From Promethearchaeota archaeon (lineage in GTDB: Archaea > Asgardarchaeota > Lokiarchaeia > Sigyniarchaeales > SOKP01), in assembly GCA_016839555.1 (NCBI GenBank), contig JAEOUA010000006.1, forward strand, positions 187,982-251,981: a stretch of DNA of 64,000 bases. Direction: 5' to 3'. Shown here piece after piece: positions 10,366 through 19,120 of this stretch. Both the position numbers and the translations under genes were made by a program. Each line of letters begins with the position of its first letter. Position 1 is the stretch's first letter. The notes under the pieces were generated by a model. The model did not search any database. It was not told where the DNA came from and saw nothing but the letters and a program-made list of their open reading frames with translations.

Positions 10366-11745
10366 ATGTCAGAAAAATCTCAAAAAAAATTAACAAAATT
10401 GGCATATGGTATAGGCTCCATCGCAGATACTGGATCATATTCAATTATAAGTACATTTTTACTTTTCTTTTTAACTGATGTGGTCTATCTTAACGCATGG
10501 CTTTCGGCATTAATTTATATGTTATCATATGGCGTCTGGAATGCTATAAATGATCCCATCGTAGGCGTTTTATCCGATCGCACACATACACGATGGGGGC
10601 GCAGAAAACCATGGATAATGGTTGGCGCTCCACTATGTTTATTATTTTATATTTTAATATGGGGACCGCCTGTGGGCATTGGTTCTATAGGTATTTTCTT
10701 TTTCATGTTAATTGTTGTTGCGGGTTATGAATTTGCATATAGCATGGCTGCGGTCACTTGGTTTGCGGTTTTTCCAGAGGTATGGGTCACCGTAGAGCAG
10801 AGAAGTGAAATTGTCATATATAGACAAGTCTTTGCTATTATAGGGGGTGCTCTAGCCGTAGGGCTCTTTCCTGTCATTCAAGTAACATTTTCTGAATCTT
10901 ACGGGGAATTAAGTGGGTGGACTTGGGCTGGAACTATTCTTGGAATAATATTTACCATCTGTTTTTTAATTTCATTATTAGGAATTAAGGAGAGAAAAGA
11001 ATATTCATTAGATAAACAAATGTCATTATTTAAATCCATCAAAACATCCTTAAAAAATAAATCTCTCCTCACCTACATGGTCATCGATCTTATGACATGG
11101 AGTATGTTTGGTTGGATGGGGGCTATAGCACCATTCTTTATTACCCACTCACTTGGTTTAGGTTTAGAAATAGTTTCTCTCATCATGATTCCAAATATGC
11201 TTGCTACAATCATCTTTTTTGCTCCATGGAGAAAAATTTATATTCGATATGGGCCCAAGAAAACGTTAGCCGTAAGTTGTATAGCTCAAATATTAGTATA
11301 TTTGATGGTTTTTGTTATAAATGATATATTAGGGCTAGTTTTATGGGGTTTTTTCTTAGGATTGAGTACCGCAGGAATTTTAATAGCTCGTGAGGTTATG
11401 ATGGGAGATGTTGTAGATGAAGATGAGATTAAGACCGGCATTAGAAGGGAAGGATCATATTTTGGATTCATGATAATGGTTGAAAAATTTTCGTTAGTAT
11501 TGATTGGCCTATTCACGGCAATACTATTGGATGTGATTATAGGATATGATCCAAAGCTACCAGATCCTCCAATGATGGACCTCTATATTCGAATAGGAAT
11601 GGTAATAATGATTGGAATTTTTACTATAATACTCATAGTCTTTTTGAAATTATATCCTTTAAACAAGGATAAAGTTGCTGGCATTCATGAAAAAGTTGAG
11701 ATATTGCATAAAGAGAAAAAGGAACGATTAAAGAGTATTAATTAA
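10366..11745 (+). CDS. MFS sugar:cation symporter of the GPH (MelB/glycoside-pentoside-hexuronide) family
   Basis: GPH signature ...NDPIVGVLSDRTHTRWGRRKPWIM. About 12 hydrophobic helices. Shine-Dalgarno aaggaga upstream. Confidence 0.8.
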   Translation: MSEKSQKKLTKLAYGIGSIADTGSYSIISTFLLFFLTDVVYLNAWLSALIYMLSYGVWNAINDPIVGVLSDRTHTRWGRRKPWIMVGAPLCLLFYILIWGPPVGIGSIGIFFFMLIVVAGYEFAYSMAAVTWFAVFPEVWVTVEQRSEIVIYRQVFAIIGGALAVGLFPVIQVTFSESYGELSGWTWAGTILGIIFTICFLISLLGIKERKEYSLDKQMSLFKSIKTSLKNKSLLTYMVIDLMTWSMFGWMGAIAPFFITHSLGLGLEIVSLIMIPNMLATIIFFAPWRKIYIRYGPKKTLAVSCIAQILVYLMVFVINDILGLVLWGFFLGLSTAGILIAREVMMGDVVDEDEIKTGIRREGSYFGFMIMVEKFSLVLIGLFTAILLDVIIGYDPKLPDPPMMDLYIRIGMVIMIGIFTIILIVFLKLYPLNKDKVAGIHEKVEILHKEKKERLKSIN

Positions 11746-11770
11746 AAAAAATAATTGAGGTGTAATTATT

Positions 11771-12103
11771 TTGGGTGAAATTAAAATCATTCGAAAAGAA
11801 GAAGCTAAGGATTGGTATGAAGATGATGAGTTGTGCCGTCTTTACCGCGAAGATGAAGATATGGTATTTGGAACTTCTTATTTAGGACCAAATGAAATAG
11901 GTGCGGTTGATCCAGGCCATGAAAATGGAAGAGAAGTTTTTTTCTGTGCCACGGGAAAAGTAATCGTTGAATTTTCTAAAGATAAGACCGAATTAAGCGC
12001 AGGAGATGCTGTAATTATTCCGAAGAGGGAGCCTCATAAGTTAATCAATAAATTCAATGAGCCAACTCTAATCGTATGGTCATTGGCTCCACCAGATAAA
12101 TAA
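11771..12103 (+). CDS. Cupin-domain protein
   Basis: 110 aa with G(x)5HxH(x)nE-like and PxH motifs (GHENGREVFFCATG, PHKLIN). GAGGTG Shine-Dalgarno upstream of a TTG/ATG start region. Confidence 0.5.
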   Translation: MGEIKIIRKEEAKDWYEDDELCRLYREDEDMVFGTSYLGPNEIGAVDPGHENGREVFFCATGKVIVEFSKDKTELSAGDAVIIPKREPHKLINKFNEPTLIVWSLAPPDK

Positions 12104-12115
12104 GGGATGAGATGA

Positions 12116-13654
12116 ATGGGAGAATATATACTTACTTTAGACGCGGGTACTACGGCTTCAAAAATTTCATTATTTGATACACAAGGAAACTTAAAAAGCA
12201 TTTCTACTCATGAATATGAATTATTGACGCCAACAGCTCTTTCTGTAGAACTTCCAGCTGAGAAATTTTGGGAAGCTTTCAAGTTGGGAACCCAAGATGT
12301 TCTAAAAAACTCAAGGATTAATCCAGCAGATATTAAAGCTTTCAGCTTATCTGCGCAAGGAGAAACTCTAATTTTAATTGACAAAGAAGGAAAGCCCTTG
12401 CGTAATGCTATTTCATGGATGGATAATCGTGCTCAAAAACAAGCTGAGACTCTTTCTCAAGAATTTTCAAATGAGGAAGTATACAAAATCACAGGACAGG
12501 TATCGATAGTTCCCACTTGGCCTGCATCAAAACTTCTTTGGATAAAACAAAATGAGCCTCAAATTTTCGAAAAAATACATAAAGTCTTATTAGTGGAAGA
12601 TTATTTGATTTGGAAGTTAACCGGACAATTTGCTTGTGAAGGTTCCTTAATTTGTTCCACGGTTTATTGGAATATTTCGAAAGAAAACTGGTGGAATGAA
12701 ATGTTAGAGTATTTAGGTCTTTCTTATGGGCAATTACCAGAAATAAAATATTCTGGAGAATCAGTAGGAACCATAACAGCAAGTGCCGCCAAAGAACTAG
12801 GTCTAAGTAATAATGTAATTGTTTCTATGGGTGCTCTTGATCAGGCTTGTGGAACTATCGGGGTTGGGAATGTTAAGCCAGGAATATTTACGGAAAACAC
12901 GGGTGCAGCATTAGCAATTTGCGCAACTCAAGACAAAAACACACCTACTTTCGATACTAAAAGAAGAATGCCAGTACATTATCATGGATTACCGAAAAGA
13001 TACATGTTTCATACTTTTACCACTGGCGGGATGGTTCTTCGTTGGTATAGGGACAAATTTTGTCAAGAGGAGATAAAAATTGCCAAAGAAAAATATGTTG
13101 ATCCGTATGATTTAATTGGAGAAATGGTTGCTGAGGTACCCGCAGGTTGCGATGGGTTAGTGATGCTCCCCCATTTACAAGGTGCTATGGCTCCAGAGGA
13201 TAATCCAAAGGCAAGAGGTGTTTTTTATGGATTTACTTTAAAACATGGAAGAGCTCATTTTTCCAGAGCAATAATGGAAGCAATTGCGTTTATCGTACGG
13301 AGAAATTTAGATATTATACAAGATCTAAATATCTCAGTAAATGAAATCCGTGTTTTAGGAGGAGGTGCTCGAAGTGATGTATGGAATCAAATTAAGGCAG
13401 ATGTTACCGGAAAAACTTTGGCAAGGACCGTTAATGAAGAGGCTGCATGTCTTGGAGCAGCCATCTTTGCTGGAAAAGGTGCTGGTATTTATTCCAGCAT
13501 CGAGGATGCAGCTAACCAAATGGTTTCTATAAAACAGAGATATGAACCAAACCAAGCAAACAGAGAAATTTATGATGAAGCTTATAAGAAATATATTAAA
13601 TTATACGAAGATTTGATAGATATGTTTTCTTTAGAAAAAGAGTTAAAGGAATAA
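12116..13654 (+). CDS. FGGY-family carbohydrate kinase (xylulokinase/ribulokinase-like)
   Basis: N-terminal LTLDAGTTASKISLFD, the central FGGY N/C domains, and C-terminal GGGARSDVWNQIKADVTG. Confidence 0.85.
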   Translation: MGEYILTLDAGTTASKISLFDTQGNLKSISTHEYELLTPTALSVELPAEKFWEAFKLGTQDVLKNSRINPADIKAFSLSAQGETLILIDKEGKPLRNAISWMDNRAQKQAETLSQEFSNEEVYKITGQVSIVPTWPASKLLWIKQNEPQIFEKIHKVLLVEDYLIWKLTGQFACEGSLICSTVYWNISKENWWNEMLEYLGLSYGQLPEIKYSGESVGTITASAAKELGLSNNVIVSMGALDQACGTIGVGNVKPGIFTENTGAALAICATQDKNTPTFDTKRRMPVHYHGLPKRYMFHTFTTGGMVLRWYRDKFCQEEIKIAKEKYVDPYDLIGEMVAEVPAGCDGLVMLPHLQGAMAPEDNPKARGVFYGFTLKHGRAHFSRAIMEAIAFIVRRNLDIIQDLNISVNEIRVLGGGARSDVWNQIKADVTGKTLARTVNEEAACLGAAIFAGKGAGIYSSIEDAANQMVSIKQRYEPNQANREIYDEAYKKYIKLYEDLIDMFSLEKELKE

Positions 13655-14023
13655 TCAAAATTTTTAATTATTTTTTTTTATCTTTTATTTTATTCTGTTG
13701 CGAATTATATATAATGAGTATATTTATATCTGGTATATAATATCTCTTCTTTATTCCAAGAACCAAATTAAATGATTAACCAAACCAGACATTAAGTTAA
13801 TTTTTTGAAAATTGAGAAATAAAAAAAAAGATTTATTAGTATAAATCATTAATTACAAATTCTAAATCAAGATCTTGGAGCGTATTTTCTAATGGATATC
13901 CATTTTTAGGATTCCATCCAAATTTTTCACACAGTTTTTTATAATTTTCCTTATACTCTACAGTAATTCCTTCATTTGGACCACTAGTTTGCGGAGGATC
14001 ACCGATAGATCTCCCAGGCATTA

Positions 14024-14157
14024 AAATTATTAAAATATTAAAGTATTATCATATGAAAGTATATTAAAAGGTAGAATCAAGGATGGACAAAATATTAAAA
14101 TATTAAAGTATTATCATATGAAAGTATAATTAAAAGGTAGAATTAAGGATGGACAAA
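14024..14157 (+). repeat. Tandem duplication (2 x ~65 bp) of promoter/leader element ending in ATGGACAAAA, immediately upstream of the AhpD-like gene
   Basis: Unit 1 at 14024-14092 and unit 2 at 14093-14157 are near-identical (tattaaaatattaaagtattatcatatgaaagtata(a)ttaaaaggtagaat[ct]aaggatggacaaaa). The second unit supplies the real start codon at 14149. A third copy lies at 3411-3543. Confidence 0.7.
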
Positions 14158-14505
14158 ACGGACATAAATAAAATCGAAAAAATAATAAAGGATCGGGATA
14201 GCGCCAATAAATTTTTTAACTCGATAAATTCAGAGGTGTATAGAGCCTTTTTGGATATGGAAAGCGCTACATATCGCACGGGAGTGTTAGAAAAGAAGTA
14301 CAAGGAAATGATAGCCCTCGGAATTTCGGTAGTGATTAATTGTGAATCGTGTATGGAATGGCATACAAAGGAAGCATTAAGAGCCGGAGCGTCAAAAGAA
14401 CAAATTATTGAAGCAATTGAAGTTGCAATCGAGATGGGAGGGGGTCCAGCTACGGTTGCCAGTAGGTTTGCTCTTAAGACGCTTGATTATCATACTAATA
14501 AATAA
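14149..14505 (+). CDS. Carboxymuconolactone decarboxylase (AhpD-like) family protein
   Basis: 118 aa; CESCMEWH motif typical of the CMD/AhpD-like fold. Confidence 0.65.
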   Translation: MDKTDINKIEKIIKDRDSANKFFNSINSEVYRAFLDMESATYRTGVLEKKYKEMIALGISVVINCESCMEWHTKEALRAGASKEQIIEAIEVAIEMGGGPATVASRFALKTLDYHTNK

Positions 14506-14601
14506 AAATAAAAAGTCGAATATTCAAGTATTTTATTAATTTTTAATAAAAAAACTTTTAAATTTTGTATTTTCAATATTAAATGGAGTGAGATAAAAGA
14601 T

Positions 14602-15609
14602 ATGGAAAGTAATTTGACGGAAGGAGAATTTATCTGGGCAATTGGCGGCAAAATTGAGAATAAGTGCACGGTTGGTGATACCACTGTATATAATATCGAT
14701 GCCGATGAATGGTATAGTAGCGAAAACGGGCAATTAGCACCGATGCCTCACCCCGTCCAAGGCGCTGGCTGGACCTTTTTTCAAGACAAAATTTTTTGTT
14801 TCGGGGGAAAAACCGAACCTCATAAGGGCTGCTGTGATTATGTTCAGGTCTACAGTTTGGAGGAGGATAAATGGGTGCTCTATGAGAAAATGCCGAAGGC
14901 GCGCAGTAAATTGGGGAAATTTTATCCGGTGGTAGACGATCATTATATCTATCTTTTTGGAGGGGATGATGAGAAGGGGCCAGCGAGTCGCGTGAATTGG
15001 AATTGGAAATATAATCTATTGAATGATGATTGGAATACTGAGGTGGCGGATGCTCCATATTCGCAGTCATTTCCTGTGCCCACCTACCATAATGGTTGGC
15101 TCTATTATTCTACAGGGAACACGGGAAATGAACCAGAGCAAAATACTTACGCTGGGGCATTAAATCAGCGCTATAACATACAGACAGATCAATGGGAAAT
15201 AATGGATCCATGTCCCATTCCCACCACTGACGGCTCTGGAGATAAATGGTGCGATGAAATGCATTATATTGGTGGATGGAACACGAATGAAGAATTTTAT
15301 AACCCAGACAGAGAAAATTATAAAGGTCCTGTTAAAAGGCAACATTTAATCTATAATTATGATTCTAATACCTGGCGATTTGAGGCAGAATTACCGGGAA
15401 ATTGGCATCATGGGGGCACCCGCGGCAGCAAGAATTTTCTCTGGCGATTTTTAGGCACTATTGATGAAGATATCGATATAAGGGATCACAATCCTCACTC
15501 AAATAAAATCCATCGATGGAATGGAAAAAAATGGACTGAAATGAAGGAGGCTCCAGTTCGGAAAATGAATTTTGGAACAATTTATACTACAATCGGGCCA
15601 AAGATTTAA
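14602..15609 (+). CDS. Kelch-repeat beta-propeller protein
   Basis: Repeated blades of the form ...IYxFGG...(W)... (AIGGK, FCFGGK, IYLFGGDDE, YIGGW). Local GC content is visibly higher than the surrounding DNA. Confidence 0.7.
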   Translation: MESNLTEGEFIWAIGGKIENKCTVGDTTVYNIDADEWYSSENGQLAPMPHPVQGAGWTFFQDKIFCFGGKTEPHKGCCDYVQVYSLEEDKWVLYEKMPKARSKLGKFYPVVDDHYIYLFGGDDEKGPASRVNWNWKYNLLNDDWNTEVADAPYSQSFPVPTYHNGWLYYSTGNTGNEPEQNTYAGALNQRYNIQTDQWEIMDPCPIPTTDGSGDKWCDEMHYIGGWNTNEEFYNPDRENYKGPVKRQHLIYNYDSNTWRFEAELPGNWHHGGTRGSKNFLWRFLGTIDEDIDIRDHNPHSNKIHRWNGKKWTEMKEAPVRKMNFGTIYTTIGPKI

Positions 15610-15610
15610 T

Positions 15611-16957
15611 TTATTTTTTTCTCTTTTGTACTCGTTTTGATTGTTTTTTGAGAACTCTATAAGTTAAATAGAGAGAAGGGATTAACAAAATATCTCGAAT
15701 TCCGATAGTTGTGGAAAAATTTGAGAGAGAATTTTTCAATTCGATAATAAATTCTCTAAATAATTGTCTACTTTTAATATCTCCTGTTTCTTCAATTGTT
15801 AATAGGAAATAAATTGAAATTAAAGCAATAATAATAGATATAAAGAATAAAATGAATACCCCATTGAATGTAAAGGAGAATGGAATATAATTAAAGTTAA
15901 GATCAAATTCTGAGGGGTTTAGATAATCGAATATCACACCTCCAATGATTGGAGAAATCCCTAGCGATATAGAGGTAATTATAGTGGTAATAGCTAAATA
16001 GGAAGTTCCTTCTTCTTTTGGTGTCAATTTTAGGCTTATATTTCCTGTGGAAAGAATGATGCCTGATGTTGCTACACCTATGAATAGATATGTTACTACT
16101 AATAGTGATATTAAAATTATACTATTATTTAAGATTGTTGTAAATGAGAATAGGAAAGTACAAAGTATAAATAGAGGACAGCATATTTTAAGCATAGTTT
16201 TATTACTATATTTGTCAGTAAGTCGACCAAATATCCTAAAGAAAATTATATTAGAAACTTGGCTGAGAATGGTTAAAGCCATTACAAAGGTTAACGGAAA
16301 TTTCAAATTCATTAAAAGATATACCGTAAAAAAAGGAGTAATTAAATTAAATCCAAAGCTCCAAAAAATTAAAAAAGTAAGAAGGCGTTTATAATTTTTA
16401 TCTTTAAAGGGAGTTATTACTATTTTTGAAAATCTCAATTTATTTTCACGTAGTTTCATAACAGGTTCAGGAACTTTAGATATAAAAAAGATACTTATCA
16501 TTCCAAACATGAACGCGATAAGAAATAAAAAAGAATAAGAGAAAAGTTCATGTTCAAGAAAGTTACTTTTCCAAAATTCAATAAAGTTAGCAGCGATTAA
16601 GCTTGTAAAGAGAATAAATATGGAAGAGATAAATTGTCGTTTGCCGAAAAACCTTCCCAATTCATTTTTCGGAACTAAATCATTCATCCAAGAAGTCCAC
16701 GCCGTTTGACCTAGTGAAGAAAACAAATATCGTAGAATGAGAAATACCATAAAAAAAAAGAGAAGTAACTCTGATTGGAAAAAAAAAGGAATTAAAGCTA
16801 TTAATAAAAGAGAGATTCTATAAAAGAGGAGAAAAGAAATGGTGATTAATTTTCTTTTTCGAACTTTTTCAACCAAAAATACGGCAAAAATTTGACTTAA
16901 TTGACAGAATGCAGGAATAGCAGCGATAAGCCCTGTAATTATAGGAGATGCTCCCAT
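15611..16957 (-). CDS. MFS-type transporter (12-TM)
   Basis: Polytopic hydrophobic profile with a two-fold 6+6 arrangement and a cytoplasmic loop FKDKNYKRLLTF. Lys/Arg-rich C-terminus. Confidence 0.65.
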   Translation of the reverse strand: MGASPIITGLIAAIPAFCQLSQIFAVFLVEKVRKRKLITISFLLFYRISLLLIALIPFFFQSELLLFFFMVFLILRYLFSSLGQTAWTSWMNDLVPKNELGRFFGKRQFISSIFILFTSLIAANFIEFWKSNFLEHELFSYSFLFLIAFMFGMISIFFISKVPEPVMKLRENKLRFSKIVITPFKDKNYKRLLTFLIFWSFGFNLITPFFTVYLLMNLKFPLTFVMALTILSQVSNIIFFRIFGRLTDKYSNKTMLKICCPLFILCTFLFSFTTILNNSIILISLLVVTYLFIGVATSGIILSTGNISLKLTPKEEGTSYLAITTIITSISLGISPIIGGVIFDYLNPSEFDLNFNYIPFSFTFNGVFILFFISIIIALISIYFLLTIEETGDIKSRQLFREFIIELKNSLSNFSTTIGIRDILLIPSLYLTYRVLKKQSKRVQKRKK

Positions 16958-17389
16958 ACTTAAGGCAAAAGCAATTAAAAAGTACCTGAAGTCAAGTTTA
17001 CCATTATTTGGGAGGTAAAGCCATCGTTTAAAACATATTTAAGACCTTTTCGTACATCTTCTTGGGTTAAGGTTTCTTTTAGCAAGAATTTCATTGTATT
17101 ATGAATTAAATTTCTTTTTATTTTATACTTAAAAAAATGGTTGAAGTTCTTTTTAATATCTATCTAATTATTTAACTTATTCTTTATTATAATAAATAGA
17201 TTTTAATATAATAAGATTTAAATAACAATTTTTACTTAATGAATATGGGTAAGAAAATGAGGTTTAAAAAAACATTTACACAAAATTATTCCAAAAAGCT
17301 CAATTTTATGGATTTTTACCCACAAATTCAACGAGAGTAAATGTTATAATATAAACTTCCAGAAATAACTTTTCTGAGGTGTTATTATT

Positions 17390-19120
17390 TTGAATATAAA
17401 TAAATTAAAATTCAAAAAAGAGAAAATTATACTTACAACGTGCATTGGTCAATGTGTTCATGTTGCTGGAACGCAAAATTTCATTAATATCGCAGAAAAA
17501 TTAGGGTTTAAATGTGTTTTTTTAGGTCCAGCTAGACCTATTTCAGAAGTGATAGAAGCTATTAAATTGTACAATCCTGAAATAATTGGATTAAGTTATC
17601 GATTAACGGCTTCTACAGTAAAACCACTACTCGAGGAATTTTTTAAAAAGATTGAAAGATTAGACCAACCCCCTGGTAAATTAATTTTTGCTGGAACTCC
17701 AGAAGTAGTGGAAATTGCTAAAAAATTTAAGAGGTTTGATCATTATTTTGTTGGAGGAGAACCACGGTATGAAATTATTTCTGTTTTAAAAAATTCTGAA
17801 ACTAATGCTGAGGGATTATTGGAGATTCCTTCGAATCTTATATCTCGGATAGAATGGAAAAAACCATTTCCCTTGTTCAGAGCCCATTTTGGTCTTCCCA
17901 GTTTAGAAAAAACAATTGATGGGATTAAAAAAATAGCACGGGCAAAAGTATTAGATGTAATTTCTATAGCGCCCGATCAAAACACACAAGAGAATTTTTT
18001 TCATCCAGAGGACCAGAATAAAGAATCATCTGGAGCAGGAGGGGTTCCTTTAAGAAGTTCTGAAGATTTTAAGAAATTAGACAAGGCTCGGTTATGTGGC
18101 AACAAACCATTATTACGAATTTATGCCGGAACACGAGATTTCATAAAATTAGCAGAACTCTATCAAAAAACGATAAAAAACGCATGGGCTGCGATACCAA
18201 TTTTTTGGTTTAATCAAATGGATGGAAGGGGGCCTTTAACTTTAAAGGAATCCATTAAACAACATTTAGAAGCAATTAAATGGCATGGAGATCATTCTAT
18301 TCCTGTTGAAATGAATGATCCGCATCAATGGAGTCTTAGAAATGCACCAGATGCGATCGCCGTCGCGGATATGTATTTATGTGGAATAATTGCGAAAAAA
18401 TTAGGAGTAAAACATTTTGTTGCTCAATATATGTTTAATACCCCGCCGAATCTCTCTTTTGACATGGATTTAGCCAAAATGTTAGCTAAAAATGAGCTAT
18501 TACTGTCTCTTCAGGATGATTCCTTTCGAATTATAAAACAAGTCAGAACAGGGTTAGCAAGTTTTCCATTAAACTTGAATAAGGCGAAAGGACAGTTAGC
18601 AGCAGCTACTTTGATCCAATTACTATTAAAGCCTGATATAATACATATTGTTAGTTTTTCAGAAGCATCACATGCGGCATTACCAGAAGATATTATTGAG
18701 AGTTGCGATATTGTAGATCAAGTTGTCCATCGAATGTATTCAAGTAATATAACCTTTCATAATAAGCAAATCGAAAAAAGAAAACAATCTTTAATCCAAC
18801 AAGCACAATGGATTATAAATCTAATTCCAAATTTAGCCAAAGATCCTGAAGAACAACGGAATCCGTGGACAAACCCTAATGTCTTGACTCATTTAGTCAA
18901 ATATGGAATCTTTGATGCGCCACATTTGATAAATAATCTATTCGCTAAGGGAGAAATCAAAACAGACCTAATAGATGGGGCATGTTGTTCTATTGATAAT
19001 TGCCTTCAAGAACCCATTAATGAAATAGAAAGAATTACAAAAATTTTAAGTAATTTGAAAGAATTTAATTTTAATAATCTTATAATTAAGGAGTTATCTA
19101 AACAGGAGGTGATAAATTGA
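17390..19120 (+). CDS. Cobalamin (B12)-binding Rossmann-domain protein (MtaC/MetH-like, atypical CxHxxG) fused to ~440-aa C-terminal domain of unknown function
   Basis: Residues ~12-130 align to the corrinoid-binding domain pattern (ILTTCIGQCVHVAGTQNF...GFKCVFLG...EIIGLSYRLT), with Cys in place of Asp in DxHxxG. Strong Shine-Dalgarno and an overlapping stop/start with the next gene. Confidence 0.45.
   Translation: MNINKLKFKKEKIILTTCIGQCVHVAGTQNFINIAEKLGFKCVFLGPARPISEVIEAIKLYNPEIIGLSYRLTASTVKPLLEEFFKKIERLDQPPGKLIFAGTPEVVEIAKKFKRFDHYFVGGEPRYEIISVLKNSETNAEGLLEIPSNLISRIEWKKPFPLFRAHFGLPSLEKTIDGIKKIARAKVLDVISIAPDQNTQENFFHPEDQNKESSGAGGVPLRSSEDFKKLDKARLCGNKPLLRIYAGTRDFIKLAELYQKTIKNAWAAIPIFWFNQMDGRGPLTLKESIKQHLEAIKWHGDHSIPVEMNDPHQWSLRNAPDAIAVADMYLCGIIAKKLGVKHFVAQYMFNTPPNLSFDMDLAKMLAKNELLLSLQDDSFRIIKQVRTGLASFPLNLNKAKGQLAAATLIQLLLKPDIIHIVSFSEASHAALPEDIIESCDIVDQVVHRMYSSNITFHNKQIEKRKQSLIQQAQWIINLIPNLAKDPEEQRNPWTNPNVLTHLVKYGIFDAPHLINNLFAKGEIKTDLIDGACCSIDNCLQEPINEIERITKILSNLKEFNFNNLIIKELSKQEVIN

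Noticed and set aside
11097-11516. 75-aa (+) and 76-aa (-) ORFs within the GPH symporter gene
   Set aside because: Embedded in or antisense to a confidently identified transporter CDS. No start context.
12489-12782. 97-aa minus-strand ORF inside the FGGY kinase gene
   Set aside because: Antisense to a strong CDS; spurious.
13836-14021. 61-aa minus-strand ORF ending at the duplicated promoter unit
   Set aside because: It might be a real small protein (convergent with the kinase gene), but it has no recognisable motif and its start coincides with the repeat boundary. Too uncertain to annotate.
14630-15070. 146-aa and 69-aa minus-strand ORFs (14630-15070, 14734-14943), Pro/Arg/His-rich
   Set aside because: Antisense to the GC-rich Kelch gene. 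Long antisense ORFs are expected in GC-rich segments, and the composition is atypical.
16047-16394. 115-aa plus-strand ORF inside the MFS transporter gene
   Set aside because: Antisense to the transporter CDS.
16958-17095. Short minus-strand ORF (MKFLLKETLTQEDVRKGLKYVLNDGFTSQ...) just upstream of the MFS gene start, and an open in-frame extension (ICFKRWLYLPNNGKLDFRYFLIAFALS) of the MFS ORF lacking a start codon
   Set aside because: Could indicate an N-terminal frameshift of the MFS gene. I could not convincingly align either frame to an MFS N-terminus, so it is left unassigned.
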